Shown: piece by piece, positions 46,988 to 55,554 of the stretch
Numbering within the stretch: position 1 is the stretch's first letter
Layout of the letters: every line of letters starts with the position of its first letter
Assembly: GCA_000998025.1 (NCBI GenBank)
Contig: LCJG01000002.1
Span: 891 to 64,890 of the forward strand
Origin: Candidatus Collierbacteria bacterium GW2011_GWB1_44_6
GTDB taxonomy: Bacteria; Patescibacteriota; Microgenomatia; UBA1400; MFAQ01
Direction of reading: 5' to 3'
Length of the DNA: 64,000 bases
Notes under the pieces: generated by a model
The model's input: only the letters and a program-made list of their open reading frames with translations
Databases searched by the model: none
What the model was told of the DNA's origin: nothing
Made by a program: the position numbers and the translations under genes

Positions 46988-47272
46988 ATGAAACACAACA
47001 TGATCGACTTTGAAGATTTCCTTAAAGAACAGCTGAAAGACCCTGACTTTAGGGCGGAAATGGAAAAGCTGGAACCACAATACCAGCTCGAAAGAGCCAT
47101 TATCAAGGCCAGGCTTGAAGATGGGATAACTCAAAAAGATCTCGCAAAGCGAACCAATACCACCCAAGCTGTAATTTCTCGGGTAGAATCGGGGTCTGTT
47201 AGTCCGTCTTTAAAGACAGTTAATAAAATCGCAATGGCACTAGGAAAGAAATTGAAGATCGAATTTGTATGA
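46988..47272 (+). CDS. XRE-family HTH antitoxin (HigA-like)
   Basis: ARLEDGITQKDLA...TQAVISRVESG..SPSL motif; directly downstream of the RelE-like toxin. Confidence 0.9.
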   Translation: MKHNMIDFEDFLKEQLKDPDFRAEMEKLEPQYQLERAIIKARLEDGITQKDLAKRTNTTQAVISRVESGSVSPSLKTVNKIAMALGKKLKIEFV

Positions 47273-47293
47273 ATGTAATGTGCATAAAATGAA

Positions 47294-47379
47294 CATTCCT
47301 AGGTGGAATGAGATTGGCCGAAAGTTTTTTCGGTACTTAGCTCTGCTGAGAAGCGCCCCGTTTTTTACTCGCAATGACG
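47294..47379 (-). repeat. Composite multi-hairpin palindromic element between convergent genes
   Basis: CATTCC-taggt-GGAATG hairpin, then tgagattg...ctcgcaatgacg ends enclosing CCGAAA-gttt-TTTCGG and cttag-ctctg-ctgag hairpins. Confidence 0.7.
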
Positions 47380-47392
47380 AATACGACGATTA

Positions 47393-48412
47393 TTATTCCT
47401 GATTGAGTACTTGTCTGTAAACTTCGGCGGTGAGATTGGCGGTCTTTTTCCAGCTGAAATCTTTGGAGCGCAATTTTGCCAGTTCAATCTGTTTGGCTTT
47501 TGCACTGGGAGAAAGGTGGAGAGCTTTCCGGATGGCTTTTTCCATGGATTTTGCTTTCCGGGGGTTAAAGGTAATGGCGTCTTCGTGATAGACTTCCGGG
47601 AGACTGGAGGTGTTTGAACTGGCAATCAGACAGCCAGTGGTCATGGCCTCCAGAAGAGGGAGTCCAAAACCTTCATAATATGACGGCTGAACATATAGGG
47701 AGGCAAGGTGTAGGAGGGCATTAAAATCCTGATTCGAAACGTATCCAGGATATTTTATGTGGTTGTAGACTTGTAAGCGAACGAGATCAATTAACTCGGG
47801 GTGGACCGGGTTTTTGATTTCCTGCAACATACCACCGCCAACAATGACCAAGGGAAGATTTAGACGATCGGTAACTTCCGCGAGGGTGGGTAAGTTTTTG
47901 TTGGGATTTGGACCGGCCGCGAGAGTAAGAACAAATTTATCTGGAAGGTGATATTTTTCTTTTATTTCTTTCAGGTTAGAAATAGAGGGGGCCTTCCGGT
48001 AATCTTCAGCTACCGCTAAAGGTGTGACAAAGATCTTGTTGGGAGATATCCGGAAATATTTTTCGATGTCCTTCTTTGAATTTTCTGAGTCGGTAATAAT
48101 GGCTGAAACATTTCTGAGGGAAAGCCATTGTAAAAAAAGTTTGATAGTGCCCCTGACGCCCTTAGGGTATCTGCCGGACATGACTAGCGGGGTGAGATCG
48201 TGAACCGTAACTACCGTTGGCTTTGCCTTCCTCATGGGTAAGGTGAGATAAAAAAGATCGAAAAAAGGATAGTGGATAATGTCCGGATCTTTGTCGGTAA
48301 GGCTAATACCCGGAAGGTGTGCAAGAGACATGGATAGATTCTCGGCATAGACACCGACCCCCCTACCGGCTGAGTGTCCTCCTGTGGCCATATGAACTTT
48401 GATTGATTTCAT
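47393..48412 (-). CDS. GT4 family glycosyltransferase
   Basis: RGVGVY, VTVHDLTP, NKN and PSYYEGFGLPLLEAM motifs. Confidence 0.92.
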   Translation of the reverse strand: MKSIKVHMATGGHSAGRGVGVYAENLSMSLAHLPGISLTDKDPDIIHYPFFDLFYLTLPMRKAKPTVVTVHDLTPLVMSGRYPKGVRGTIKLFLQWLSLRNVSAIITDSENSKKDIEKYFRISPNKIFVTPLAVAEDYRKAPSISNLKEIKEKYHLPDKFVLTLAAGPNPNKNLPTLAEVTDRLNLPLVIVGGGMLQEIKNPVHPELIDLVRLQVYNHIKYPGYVSNQDFNALLHLASLYVQPSYYEGFGLPLLEAMTTGCLIASSNTSSLPEVYHEDAITFNPRKAKSMEKAIRKALHLSPSAKAKQIELAKLRSKDFSWKKTANLTAEVYRQVLNQE

Positions 48413-48459
48413 GGATGTCTATTCGAATTATACAGTTTTGGAGGATAATAGGAACCAGA

Positions 48460-49653
48460 TTGAACAAAAAAGTGTTGATATTTTCTTTGTTTGTAGGAAT
48501 TTTACTAAGTGCGTTTGATGCATTTCTCTCTTATGTGTTTACCGATAGTGCTCTCTTGGCTCTGATCGGTCAAAGCAAATCCGGTGTATCGAAGGCCGTA
48601 ACGCACCTGCAAAGCAGTTTCCCACGAGAAATGGTCAACCAGACAGGACTGGCACTGATAGCTGTCATTGCCGCTATTCAAGTGATGCTGACTTTTTCAA
48701 AAAAAATAATAGGGCGAAGAGAACTGTTTTTGGCGACAATCATTCCCTCACTCCTGGTTTTTGCTTATCCGATGGTCAGTCGGGATATTTTCAGTTATTT
48801 GTATTATGCCAAGATGGTTTTGGTTCACCATCAGAATCCGTATTTGATAGTACCTTTGGTCAACAGCAGTACCGATCTGTGGCTGGGGTTTGTCCACAAT
48901 GTTGACCGGGTGTACGCATATGGGCCAACGGCGCTGATAATTTCGATAGTCCCTATGCTGATAGCCGGAGGAGAAAAATTACTCGTAAATATATTTTTTG
49001 TTAAACTCGTGAGTTTGACTTTTTTTCTTTTGGGGTCTTGGCTTTTTCTGAAGATTAGCAAGAACAGAAATTTGGTAGTTGTTCTTTGGATACTTAACCC
49101 TTTCATTATCAATGAAATGCTAGTCAATGGACACAATGACTTGTTTATGATTGTTTTTTTCTGGCTGGCAATATATTGGAAACAGAACTCAAAAACAACT
49201 TTGTCGGTCTTGGCTTATCTATTGTCTGTGGGAACCAAATATCTGACGGCGCCCTTGCTGCCGATTCTATTCTTATCCAAAAAATGGCAGACCATACTGT
49301 CTACTCTGTCGATAGTGGTAATAGCGGGATATTTGATTTTACACGGTAACTTACCCTGGTATTACAGCTGGATTTATTTTTGTCTACCTTATCTGAAACT
49401 AAACAAAGGACAGGTTACATCCATTCTGTTTTTACAAATTACATTGCTACTTGGATATGCCGGATTTTTGGAAACCGGTATGTGGGGACCTCCACCCAGT
49501 AGTAATGTAATAATTTTGCTTTCCAAGTCTGTGTGGATGTTTTTGCCTCTATTTATATTCTTCGTCTTTGTAGATCTCCCAAAGCTTCATGTAGGAGAAA
49601 GCATGGTGAAGACCGGAATAAAGGGAAAAAACAAAACCAGGAAAACCATCTAG
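48460..49653 (+). CDS. MptA/MptB-like GT-C polyprenol-phosphomannose-dependent mannosyltransferase
   Basis: SRDIFSY, NPY, YAYGP, LNP, NGHND and PWYYSW motifs. Start uncertain; TTG 48460 avoids overlap with the divergent gene. Confidence 0.78.
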   Translation: MNKKVLIFSLFVGILLSAFDAFLSYVFTDSALLALIGQSKSGVSKAVTHLQSSFPREMVNQTGLALIAVIAAIQVMLTFSKKIIGRRELFLATIIPSLLVFAYPMVSRDIFSYLYYAKMVLVHHQNPYLIVPLVNSSTDLWLGFVHNVDRVYAYGPTALIISIVPMLIAGGEKLLVNIFFVKLVSLTFFLLGSWLFLKISKNRNLVVVLWILNPFIINEMLVNGHNDLFMIVFFWLAIYWKQNSKTTLSVLAYLLSVGTKYLTAPLLPILFLSKKWQTILSTLSIVVIAGYLILHGNLPWYYSWIYFCLPYLKLNKGQVTSILFLQITLLLGYAGFLETGMWGPPPSSNVIILLSKSVWMFLPLFIFFVFVDLPKLHVGESMVKTGIKGKNKTRKTI

Positions 49654-50424
49654 GAAGCCACGATAGCGGAAGTACAAGCTCAGAAAAGTACCTAGGGGTT
49701 TGAAAAATAAATAATTTAAGGTATTAAAGAGGTTCACTTTGACACCAGCATCTTTGAGCTGGTGGGCATGGAGGCTAGAGTAAGAATTTTCTCTGAGTAA
49801 ATATCGGGAAAAATTTGGCGTAGCAAGGTGGTCTAGATCAGACATGAGCCAACCAGTGACACCCTTGACTATCATTTGTTCGTGAACATCCTTGGCAGGA
49901 AGTCTGGCTTTACCTCTTTGGAATAGGCGGATGACCGGATCGGGGTATTGGCCGGCGTTCTCGAGATATCTATTCAGGAAGAAATTTTTTCTAGGTAGGT
50001 AGTATGCGGAGGCCGGGGATCTGAGCAATTGTGGCTCAGAAAAAATCTTTATTATTTTATTTATTGAGGATTTGAGGGGAGAAATCCAACTGTCATAACC
50101 GAAATATGATCCCTCCAAGATGCCGAGTATTTCTTTGACCATTTCTTTGGTCACTCTTTCGTCCGCGTCCATTTGCAGAATCCAATCTGATTTGGCCGAT
50201 CGATTGGCAATATCTTTTTGAACATGGAAAACAGGATTATTTGGCCGCAGTATAACTTTGACCCCCAGCTTTTTGGCGATCTCAGCAGTATTGTCCGTGG
50301 AGTAGCCATCAACGACGACAATCTCATCGGCAAAATCCTTGACCGATTCCAGACAGGCGGCAATATTCGCCTCTTCATTATATGTAGCGAGAGTGACAGA
50401 AATGGTTTGGCGTTTTGTTTTCAT
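49549..50424 (-). CDS. GT2 family glycosyltransferase (KdtX/LgtF-like)
   Basis: YNEE, VDGYSTDNT, MDADER, YPD..RLF, VHE and GFLDGFPG motifs. Confidence 0.9.
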   Translation of the reverse strand: MKTKRQTISVTLATYNEEANIAACLESVKDFADEIVVVDGYSTDNTAEIAKKLGVKVILRPNNPVFHVQKDIANRSAKSDWILQMDADERVTKEMVKEILGILEGSYFGYDSWISPLKSSINKIIKIFSEPQLLRSPASAYYLPRKNFFLNRYLENAGQYPDPVIRLFQRGKARLPAKDVHEQMIVKGVTGWLMSDLDHLATPNFSRYLLRENSYSSLHAHQLKDAGVKVNLFNTLNYLFFKPLGTFLSLYFRYRGFLDGFPGFVFSLYSGLHHAFSYMKLWEIYKDEEYK

Positions 50425-52232
50425 TTTTTGATGGTTGAGATTGCTTCGTCGACTTCGTCTCCTCGCAATGGCGGAGGGGAGGTGGAGATAAATTTGAACA
50501 TGGTGCCTCCGGAAGGAGATTTTACTGTACCGATGACGTTGTTGTCATCTACTTTCTCTTCGGCGGTTATCAGGAGGGTATTCGGAAGCAACTTGTCCTG
50601 TTCATAATTGATAGTCCGGAATTCATACTTGCCTAGTTTGCGGCCGGTGGCAAAGCCAAAGTGGTCGGGGGAAGACATAACAATATCTCTTTGCAGATCC
50701 GCCGGCGGATACTGGGTAAAGAAAGCGATCAGAATATATGGCTGGTCGTAGCGGTCGGTAACGATAATGTGATCGTATTTGTCGTAATTATCTTTGGTGT
50801 AAACGGCGATTTGATCGAAGCCATACTGCCAAGCATACGGAAGCTCTTTGGGATAGTGGACGTAATACATATGTAGATAACGGGAAAAGTCGTAAGAGAT
50901 AAATAAGGTTGCGATGGCTAGGAAAATGGGAAGTAGTTTGGGAAGGTGACTTTTGATGAACACAAAAAACTCAACAAGACCAAGAGCGGAAATAATCATC
51001 AGTGGGACAGCCATATTTGCTGCTCTTAGGGCGTGAGGGGACTGGAAGGTAATTGAGGCGGCCAGGGGTGCAATGAGGAACCAAGCGAAAATTAGTTTCT
51101 TGCCAGAAGAATCCAACTTTATCAAAGAAATAAATCCTAGAACGAAGACGGGCAGAAGGACCAGTATACTTTGACCGGTTTCCGGCACCTTGCTTCTGGC
51201 TATGGCGTCACCATTGAGAAAAAGGAAATCGGGAGAGTAGTGCGACAAATAGTTTTCGATAAATCTGAGCGAATATGAAAGGTAGCGGTTGTGAATAAGC
51301 CTGACCGGAAGAGTATCTTTATCGGTGTGCTGGAGCCGGTAATTGGTGGCCTGCCACTCCGGCCCGGTGTCGGCAAAAATGGAGACACCTGAAAAACGCG
51401 ACTGGCCTTCTTTGGAGAGAAGTTGGGTGGCAATTGGAAGGGAAAGAAGGAGGCCGAGGAGACAGGAGAAGAAAAAGGTTCTGGTGGTTGTTGGAGTGAG
51501 ATCCCTCCACTTCGGTCGGGATGACGATAAAGCAGGAATGACAACAGTACCTGAGAATAGATCTTTCCAGTAGATAATGACCAAGGATAAAGAAAGTAGA
51601 GGCGAGATGACTCTGGCGGAATGATAGGTATAGAGACTGAGAGCGAGTGAAGTGACAAAGAGAAAGAAATAGTTTGCCTGCCTCCCGGCAGGTAAAGTTT
51701 TTTCAATCCCTTTCAAAAAACCCCAGACCCCAAGAAGCATGAAAAAAGTGGCGGCGTTTACTTCCCAACCACCCCGGGAGAAGTGAAGATGCCAGGGGGA
51801 AATGGCGAGGAGGAGGGCGGAGATATGAGGAAAGTATTTATATGTTGTAGTTACTGGATGGATTCCCGCCTTCGCGGGAATGACAGCAGTGACGGGGGGG
51901 AATAATAGTTTGACGATTAGGTAGATGAGGAGGACGCTGGCGACTCCCAATATGGCGGAGGGGAGACGGACGGCCGTGACGGTGAGGCCGAGGAATTTGA
52001 CGAAGGGCAGAACCAGATAGAAATAGACGGGGGGTTTGTAATCGTCAAAGGAACGGAAGACCTGAGGCCAGGCGACAGAGTGTTCGTCTTTGCCCGTCTC
52101 AATAAGACTCCAAGCATTGTAGCCGATCGCCGCTTCATCAGCATTGAGACCAGCGGGAAAACTGCTCAGAAAAGGCAGTCTGAGTAAGGCTGCTAAGATG
52201 ACAATGGCGATGATGAAAAAATGTTTTTTCAC
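50421..52232 (-). CDS. ArnT/GT39-like glycosyltransferase paralog carrying four in-frame palindromic inserts
   Basis: DEAAIGYNAWSL..TGKDE, SFDDYKPP, RLPSA, PWHLHFSR and WQYG motifs. Confidence 0.9.
   Translation of the reverse strand: MKKHFFIIAIVILAALLRLPFLSSFPAGLNADEAAIGYNAWSLIETGKDEHSVAWPQVFRSFDDYKPPVYFYLVLPFVKFLGLTVTAVRLPSAILGVASVLLIYLIVKLLFPPVTAVIPAKAGIHPVTTTYKYFPHISALLLAISPWHLHFSRGGWEVNAATFFMLLGVWGFLKGIEKTLPAGRQANYFFLFVTSLALSLYTYHSARVISPLLSLSLVIIYWKDLFSGTVVIPALSSSRPKWRDLTPTTTRTFFFSCLLGLLLSLPIATQLLSKEGQSRFSGVSIFADTGPEWQATNYRLQHTDKDTLPVRLIHNRYLSYSLRFIENYLSHYSPDFLFLNGDAIARSKVPETGQSILVLLPVFVLGFISLIKLDSSGKKLIFAWFLIAPLAASITFQSPHALRAANMAVPLMIISALGLVEFFVFIKSHLPKLLPIFLAIATLFISYDFSRYLHMYYVHYPKELPYAWQYGFDQIAVYTKDNYDKYDHIIVTDRYDQPYILIAFFTQYPPADLQRDIVMSSPDHFGFATGRKLGKYEFRTINYEQDKLLPNTLLITAEEKVDDNNVIGTVKSPSGGTMFKFISTSPPPLRGDEVDEAISTIKK
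50428..50474 (-). repeat. Palindromic element forming the C-terminal extension PPLRGDEVDEAISTI
   Basis: ttgatggttgagattgcttcgtcgacttcgtctcctcgcaatggcgg; homologous to intergenic 39251-39297. Confidence 0.85.
51492..51543 (-). repeat. In-frame palindromic element plus a half element (VIPALSSSRPKWRDLTP)
   Basis: tggagtgagatccctccacttcggtcgggatgacga followed by the gcaggaatgaca remnant. Confidence 0.85.
51677..51692. repeat. In-frame mini-hairpin CCTGCC-N4-GGCAGG (encodes LPAGRQ)
   Basis: Perfect 6-bp GC stem; the peptide is absent at the homologous position of neighbouring paralogs. Confidence 0.7.
51859..51885 (-). repeat. In-frame dRS3/RPE-like palindromic element (encodes VIPAKAGIH)
   Basis: tggATTCCCGC-cttc-GCGGGAATgaca matches ATTCCC-N8-GGGAAT. 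Confidence 0.9.
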
Positions 52233-53872
52233 TGAGCTTTGGTTTTGATGATTCTTAAAGCAACTTCCCCATTGGGATATAAAACGTCCATGTGTTTATC
52301 AATGGTGGGTAGAGAAAAATCGAAGTCCTCGGGAAAGTTCCCAATAGTACCCACAAAAATAGTATCCGGCTGGGTTTGTACTTCGGAAAGCCCTGACTGG
52401 TGGAACTCTACCCGGCCAACATTAGCAACCTTGCCGACGTCTAGCCCCCCCGACTGGAACTCATTAATTTTTTGATAAGTGGCGGGGTCAAAGCGGGAAT
52501 AAAAAAGATAGAAGATGTATGGCTGGCCAAAGACGTCGGTAATGACCGCTTTGCTTTCCGGGTACTCACTGACAAACTGAATCGCCTCTTTGAAGCCATA
52601 TTGGAATTCTCTGGCGTAAGTAAAATTTGTATGGACAAATAATAGATCAAGAAAATAAACGAAGAAGACTAGGGTGGCGAGAAGATTAATAAAGAAGAAC
52701 AGCTTAATTTTGCTAAAAGCGTAAAACGCCCCTAAACCACAAATTATGGCTAAGGGAATGGTCAAGAAAAAGGCCCTGACGGTGGAGTACTCTGACAAAG
52801 TAAGTGAGCCAGTAATGGGTGCGAGTAACAGTAGCCCGGCTATGAGCAGTGAATTCTTTTGATGAGAAAATTTTATAAGAAAGACTAACCCAAGCAAGAA
52901 CCATACTATATCAAAAGGCAGAAGCATGCCCATGCCCGGAATGTGACCTCGTTCGACGATATCGGTGCCTTCGAAGAAGAGCAAATTGGGACTGAGATGC
53001 TTGAGATAGCGGCTGGCGACAAGACGTGAAGTGAGCTGGAACTGGTTGTGAAATAAATTTAGACTGACCGGATTATTCTCGTCGATGTTTTTTATTTCCT
53101 GACTAATTCCCGGACGGTAACCAAAGATGCTGAGACGTTTTAACCGATTTCCCGCTTCTCCGGAAGCAGTTGACAGGTAAAATGCCAAAAAGAAGGCCAT
53201 CGAAAAAGCAAGAAGCGCTCTATTGAATTTGACTGAGGTGTATTGTTTGAAGTTTGTAGAAAAGTCTGACCAAAAAAGTATGACCGGAAGTAAGAGAACT
53301 AAGGGGGTAAGAAGCTTGGCGGCCTGATAAGTCAGAAAAGTAAGCAAGGCCAGGACAATGGACCAACCGAGGTACTTACCCGAGTGAATAAAGCGAATCA
53401 GAAAATATAAAGAGAAAAGTAACAGAGTGGCGAAGATATTGGTTTCCCAGGCTCCCCGGCTGAAATGAATATGCCAGGGCATAAGGGCTAGAGAGAGGGC
53501 ACAAAAAGACGCCAAGAGAGTCTTGTTTTTGTTTTCTCTAACAATTTCAGAGACCAATAAGAAGACACCGTAGATGGCTAAGATACCAGCCAAAGCGCTG
53601 GGGAGACGGGTGGCGAACTCGGAGAGACCCAGAATGGCGATGGGAGGAATGGCTAAATAGACATAAAGTCCGGGTTTGTAATCACCGAAGCTTTTAAAAA
53701 CAATGGGCAGGAACTTTCCGAATTCATCCCGGCCGGTTTTTATAATGGAAAAAGCGTTGTAACCCAAAGCAGCTTCGTCCCAGGTGAGAGCGTTGGGTAG
53801 TGAACCCAGCTGATAAAGTCTGAGGAGAGAACCGATAACTATGGCAAAGATTAATAACCAATATTTTTTCAT
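52229..53872 (-). CDS. ArnT/GT39-like glycosyltransferase paralog
   Basis: WDEAALGYNAFSI..TGRDE, SFGDYKP, RLPSA and PWHIHFSR motifs. Confidence 0.9.
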   Translation of the reverse strand: MKKYWLLIFAIVIGSLLRLYQLGSLPNALTWDEAALGYNAFSIIKTGRDEFGKFLPIVFKSFGDYKPGLYVYLAIPPIAILGLSEFATRLPSALAGILAIYGVFLLVSEIVRENKNKTLLASFCALSLALMPWHIHFSRGAWETNIFATLLLFSLYFLIRFIHSGKYLGWSIVLALLTFLTYQAAKLLTPLVLLLPVILFWSDFSTNFKQYTSVKFNRALLAFSMAFFLAFYLSTASGEAGNRLKRLSIFGYRPGISQEIKNIDENNPVSLNLFHNQFQLTSRLVASRYLKHLSPNLLFFEGTDIVERGHIPGMGMLLPFDIVWFLLGLVFLIKFSHQKNSLLIAGLLLLAPITGSLTLSEYSTVRAFFLTIPLAIICGLGAFYAFSKIKLFFFINLLATLVFFVYFLDLLFVHTNFTYAREFQYGFKEAIQFVSEYPESKAVITDVFGQPYIFYLFYSRFDPATYQKINEFQSGGLDVGKVANVGRVEFHQSGLSEVQTQPDTIFVGTIGNFPEDFDFSLPTIDKHMDVLYPNGEVALRIIKTKAQ

Positions 53873-55554
53873 GGAAGTTCGATTATTTTGAAGGCGACAG
53901 ATCCGTCCAAGAAATTAATAGTCTTGAGAACATTAGCACCGGCAGGGATGCGGTCAGGGGAGGCGACCAAGAGGCTCTTGGAAGTGGGCATTATGTCACC
54001 GCTTTCGAGAGTGAGAGAAGTAAATTGTTCCACGGGAATTTGCCAGTCATTTACGAAGTAATAGTCACCTACCTTATCGGTCCAGAACCAGTCCGACTTC
54101 CCAAAACGGATATTATCACCTCCGGGCTGAAGCACTTGAGGATGAATCCGGTTATAAAATGCGTAAAAAATGTGTGGTTCTCCATAAAACTTGGAAATGA
54201 AGAACTTCGGATATTGTTTTTGAGTATTCAAAAAATCTAAAACTTCCCGGTAACCATATTGCCAAGATTTTGAGTAGCTCTTGGCGTAAGTCACGAAATA
54301 ATCATTTGCATAGATGGCAAAGTTGCCAATAGTGAGAAGGAAAATAACTGCAGTCAAAATTTTTCCGGTGGTGGCAGATAGCTTGGTCTGCAAGAACAGT
54401 AGTCCCAAGCCGCCGATAATTACCATGGCAGGGATCATGGGATTTGGACGTAGGGCCTGAGGGGGATCGACAGTAAGAGCTGAAGCGATAGGGGAGAGCA
54501 GAAACCAGGAAAGGATCAGTTGGTGGGATTTTTCACCCGGGTTTTTAATAATGAAAAATAGACCGGCGATAAACAAAACCATGACAGGAAAACCTAAAAG
54601 ATTTCTACCGGGAATGGCAAACTGGAACTGAGCTCCCCTACTCTGATTAAAAAAGTCAGTGGTGAAATAGCCAAAATAATTATTGATAAATGTTTGAACA
54701 AAATAGACAGGGCGATTGTAGACAAATTTGGCGACAAGAGGTGGTAAGCCGCTCTCGATTCTTTTCTGGCCAAGGGTATAGGCCGTCGATTCCGTGATGA
54801 TATTAAGTTTGCCATAGCGGGCAGTACCCGTGCCGGCAAAAATTTGATAAGCGACAATAGAGGCGAAGGCTCCGAGAATAAAAATAGAAAATAAAAGAGT
54901 GCGGGTGATTTTTATTTTTTTCCAATAAATGACGATGAAAGCTAGGAGAAGGACCGGGACAAAGACCCTGGCAGTATTGTAGGTATGCAGTGACAAACCA
55001 AAAAGAAAGGCAGACGGAATAAATAATACAGATTTTTTTAGACCGGTGAGTAAAAAATAGGTAGCGAAAATAATCAGAGTCAGTGCGAGATTGGCTTCTA
55101 GCGCCGGGCGGGAAATAAAGAAATGCCAAGGAAGAAGAGCAAGGAAGAAGGCTGAGAGTAATGGGAGATTTAGAAAATGCTTCTGTTTGGGCAAAAAATT
55201 CGCAATGACAGATGAGGAAAAGAGTTCACGAGTGAGGAGGAAGATACCGGGGATGGCAAGAGTGCCGGCCAAGGCGGAAATGAAACGGAGAGAGAAGGTG
55301 GTGAGACCAAAAAGCCAAACAGGGATTACAGAGAGATAGATATATAAGGGAAGTTTGTAATCTCCAAAAGCACGGAAGATCAAAGGGAATTTGACTCCCC
55401 ATTCGTCTTTGCCGGTCAGCAAAATGGAGTAGGCGTTGTAACCATGACTGATCTCGTCCCAGTTGGGAGAGACGGGAAATTTGTCCAGTAGAAAAAATCT
55501 CAGGAAGCCACCAAAAAGAGTGATTAGCAGTATATAAAGTAGAGTTTTTTTCAT
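53869..55554 (-). CDS. ArnT/GT39-like glycosyltransferase paralog
   Basis: WDEISHGYNAYSI..TGKDE, AFGDYKLP, PWHFFISR and WQYG motifs. Confidence 0.9.
   Translation of the reverse strand: MKKTLLYILLITLFGGFLRFFLLDKFPVSPNWDEISHGYNAYSILLTGKDEWGVKFPLIFRAFGDYKLPLYIYLSVIPVWLFGLTTFSLRFISALAGTLAIPGIFLLTRELFSSSVIANFLPKQKHFLNLPLLSAFFLALLPWHFFISRPALEANLALTLIIFATYFLLTGLKKSVLFIPSAFLFGLSLHTYNTARVFVPVLLLAFIVIYWKKIKITRTLLFSIFILGAFASIVAYQIFAGTGTARYGKLNIITESTAYTLGQKRIESGLPPLVAKFVYNRPVYFVQTFINNYFGYFTTDFFNQSRGAQFQFAIPGRNLLGFPVMVLFIAGLFFIIKNPGEKSHQLILSWFLLSPIASALTVDPPQALRPNPMIPAMVIIGGLGLLFLQTKLSATTGKILTAVIFLLTIGNFAIYANDYFVTYAKSYSKSWQYGYREVLDFLNTQKQYPKFFISKFYGEPHIFYAFYNRIHPQVLQPGGDNIRFGKSDWFWTDKVGDYYFVNDWQIPVEQFTSLTLESGDIMPTSKSLLVASPDRIPAGANVLKTINFLDGSVAFKIIELP
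55165..55210 (-). repeat. Eroded in-frame palindromic element (encodes VIANFLPKQKHFLNL)
   Basis: gagatt...tgcttc...ttcgcaatgaca retains both ends of the GAGATTGCTTC...TCGCAATGAC subtype. Confidence 0.65.

Noticed and set aside
51894-51900. G7 homopolymer in a glycosyltransferase (possible phase variation)
   Set aside because: The tract is short and in frame, with no supporting evidence without read data. The A/T runs of 8-9 nt elsewhere are expected at this composition.
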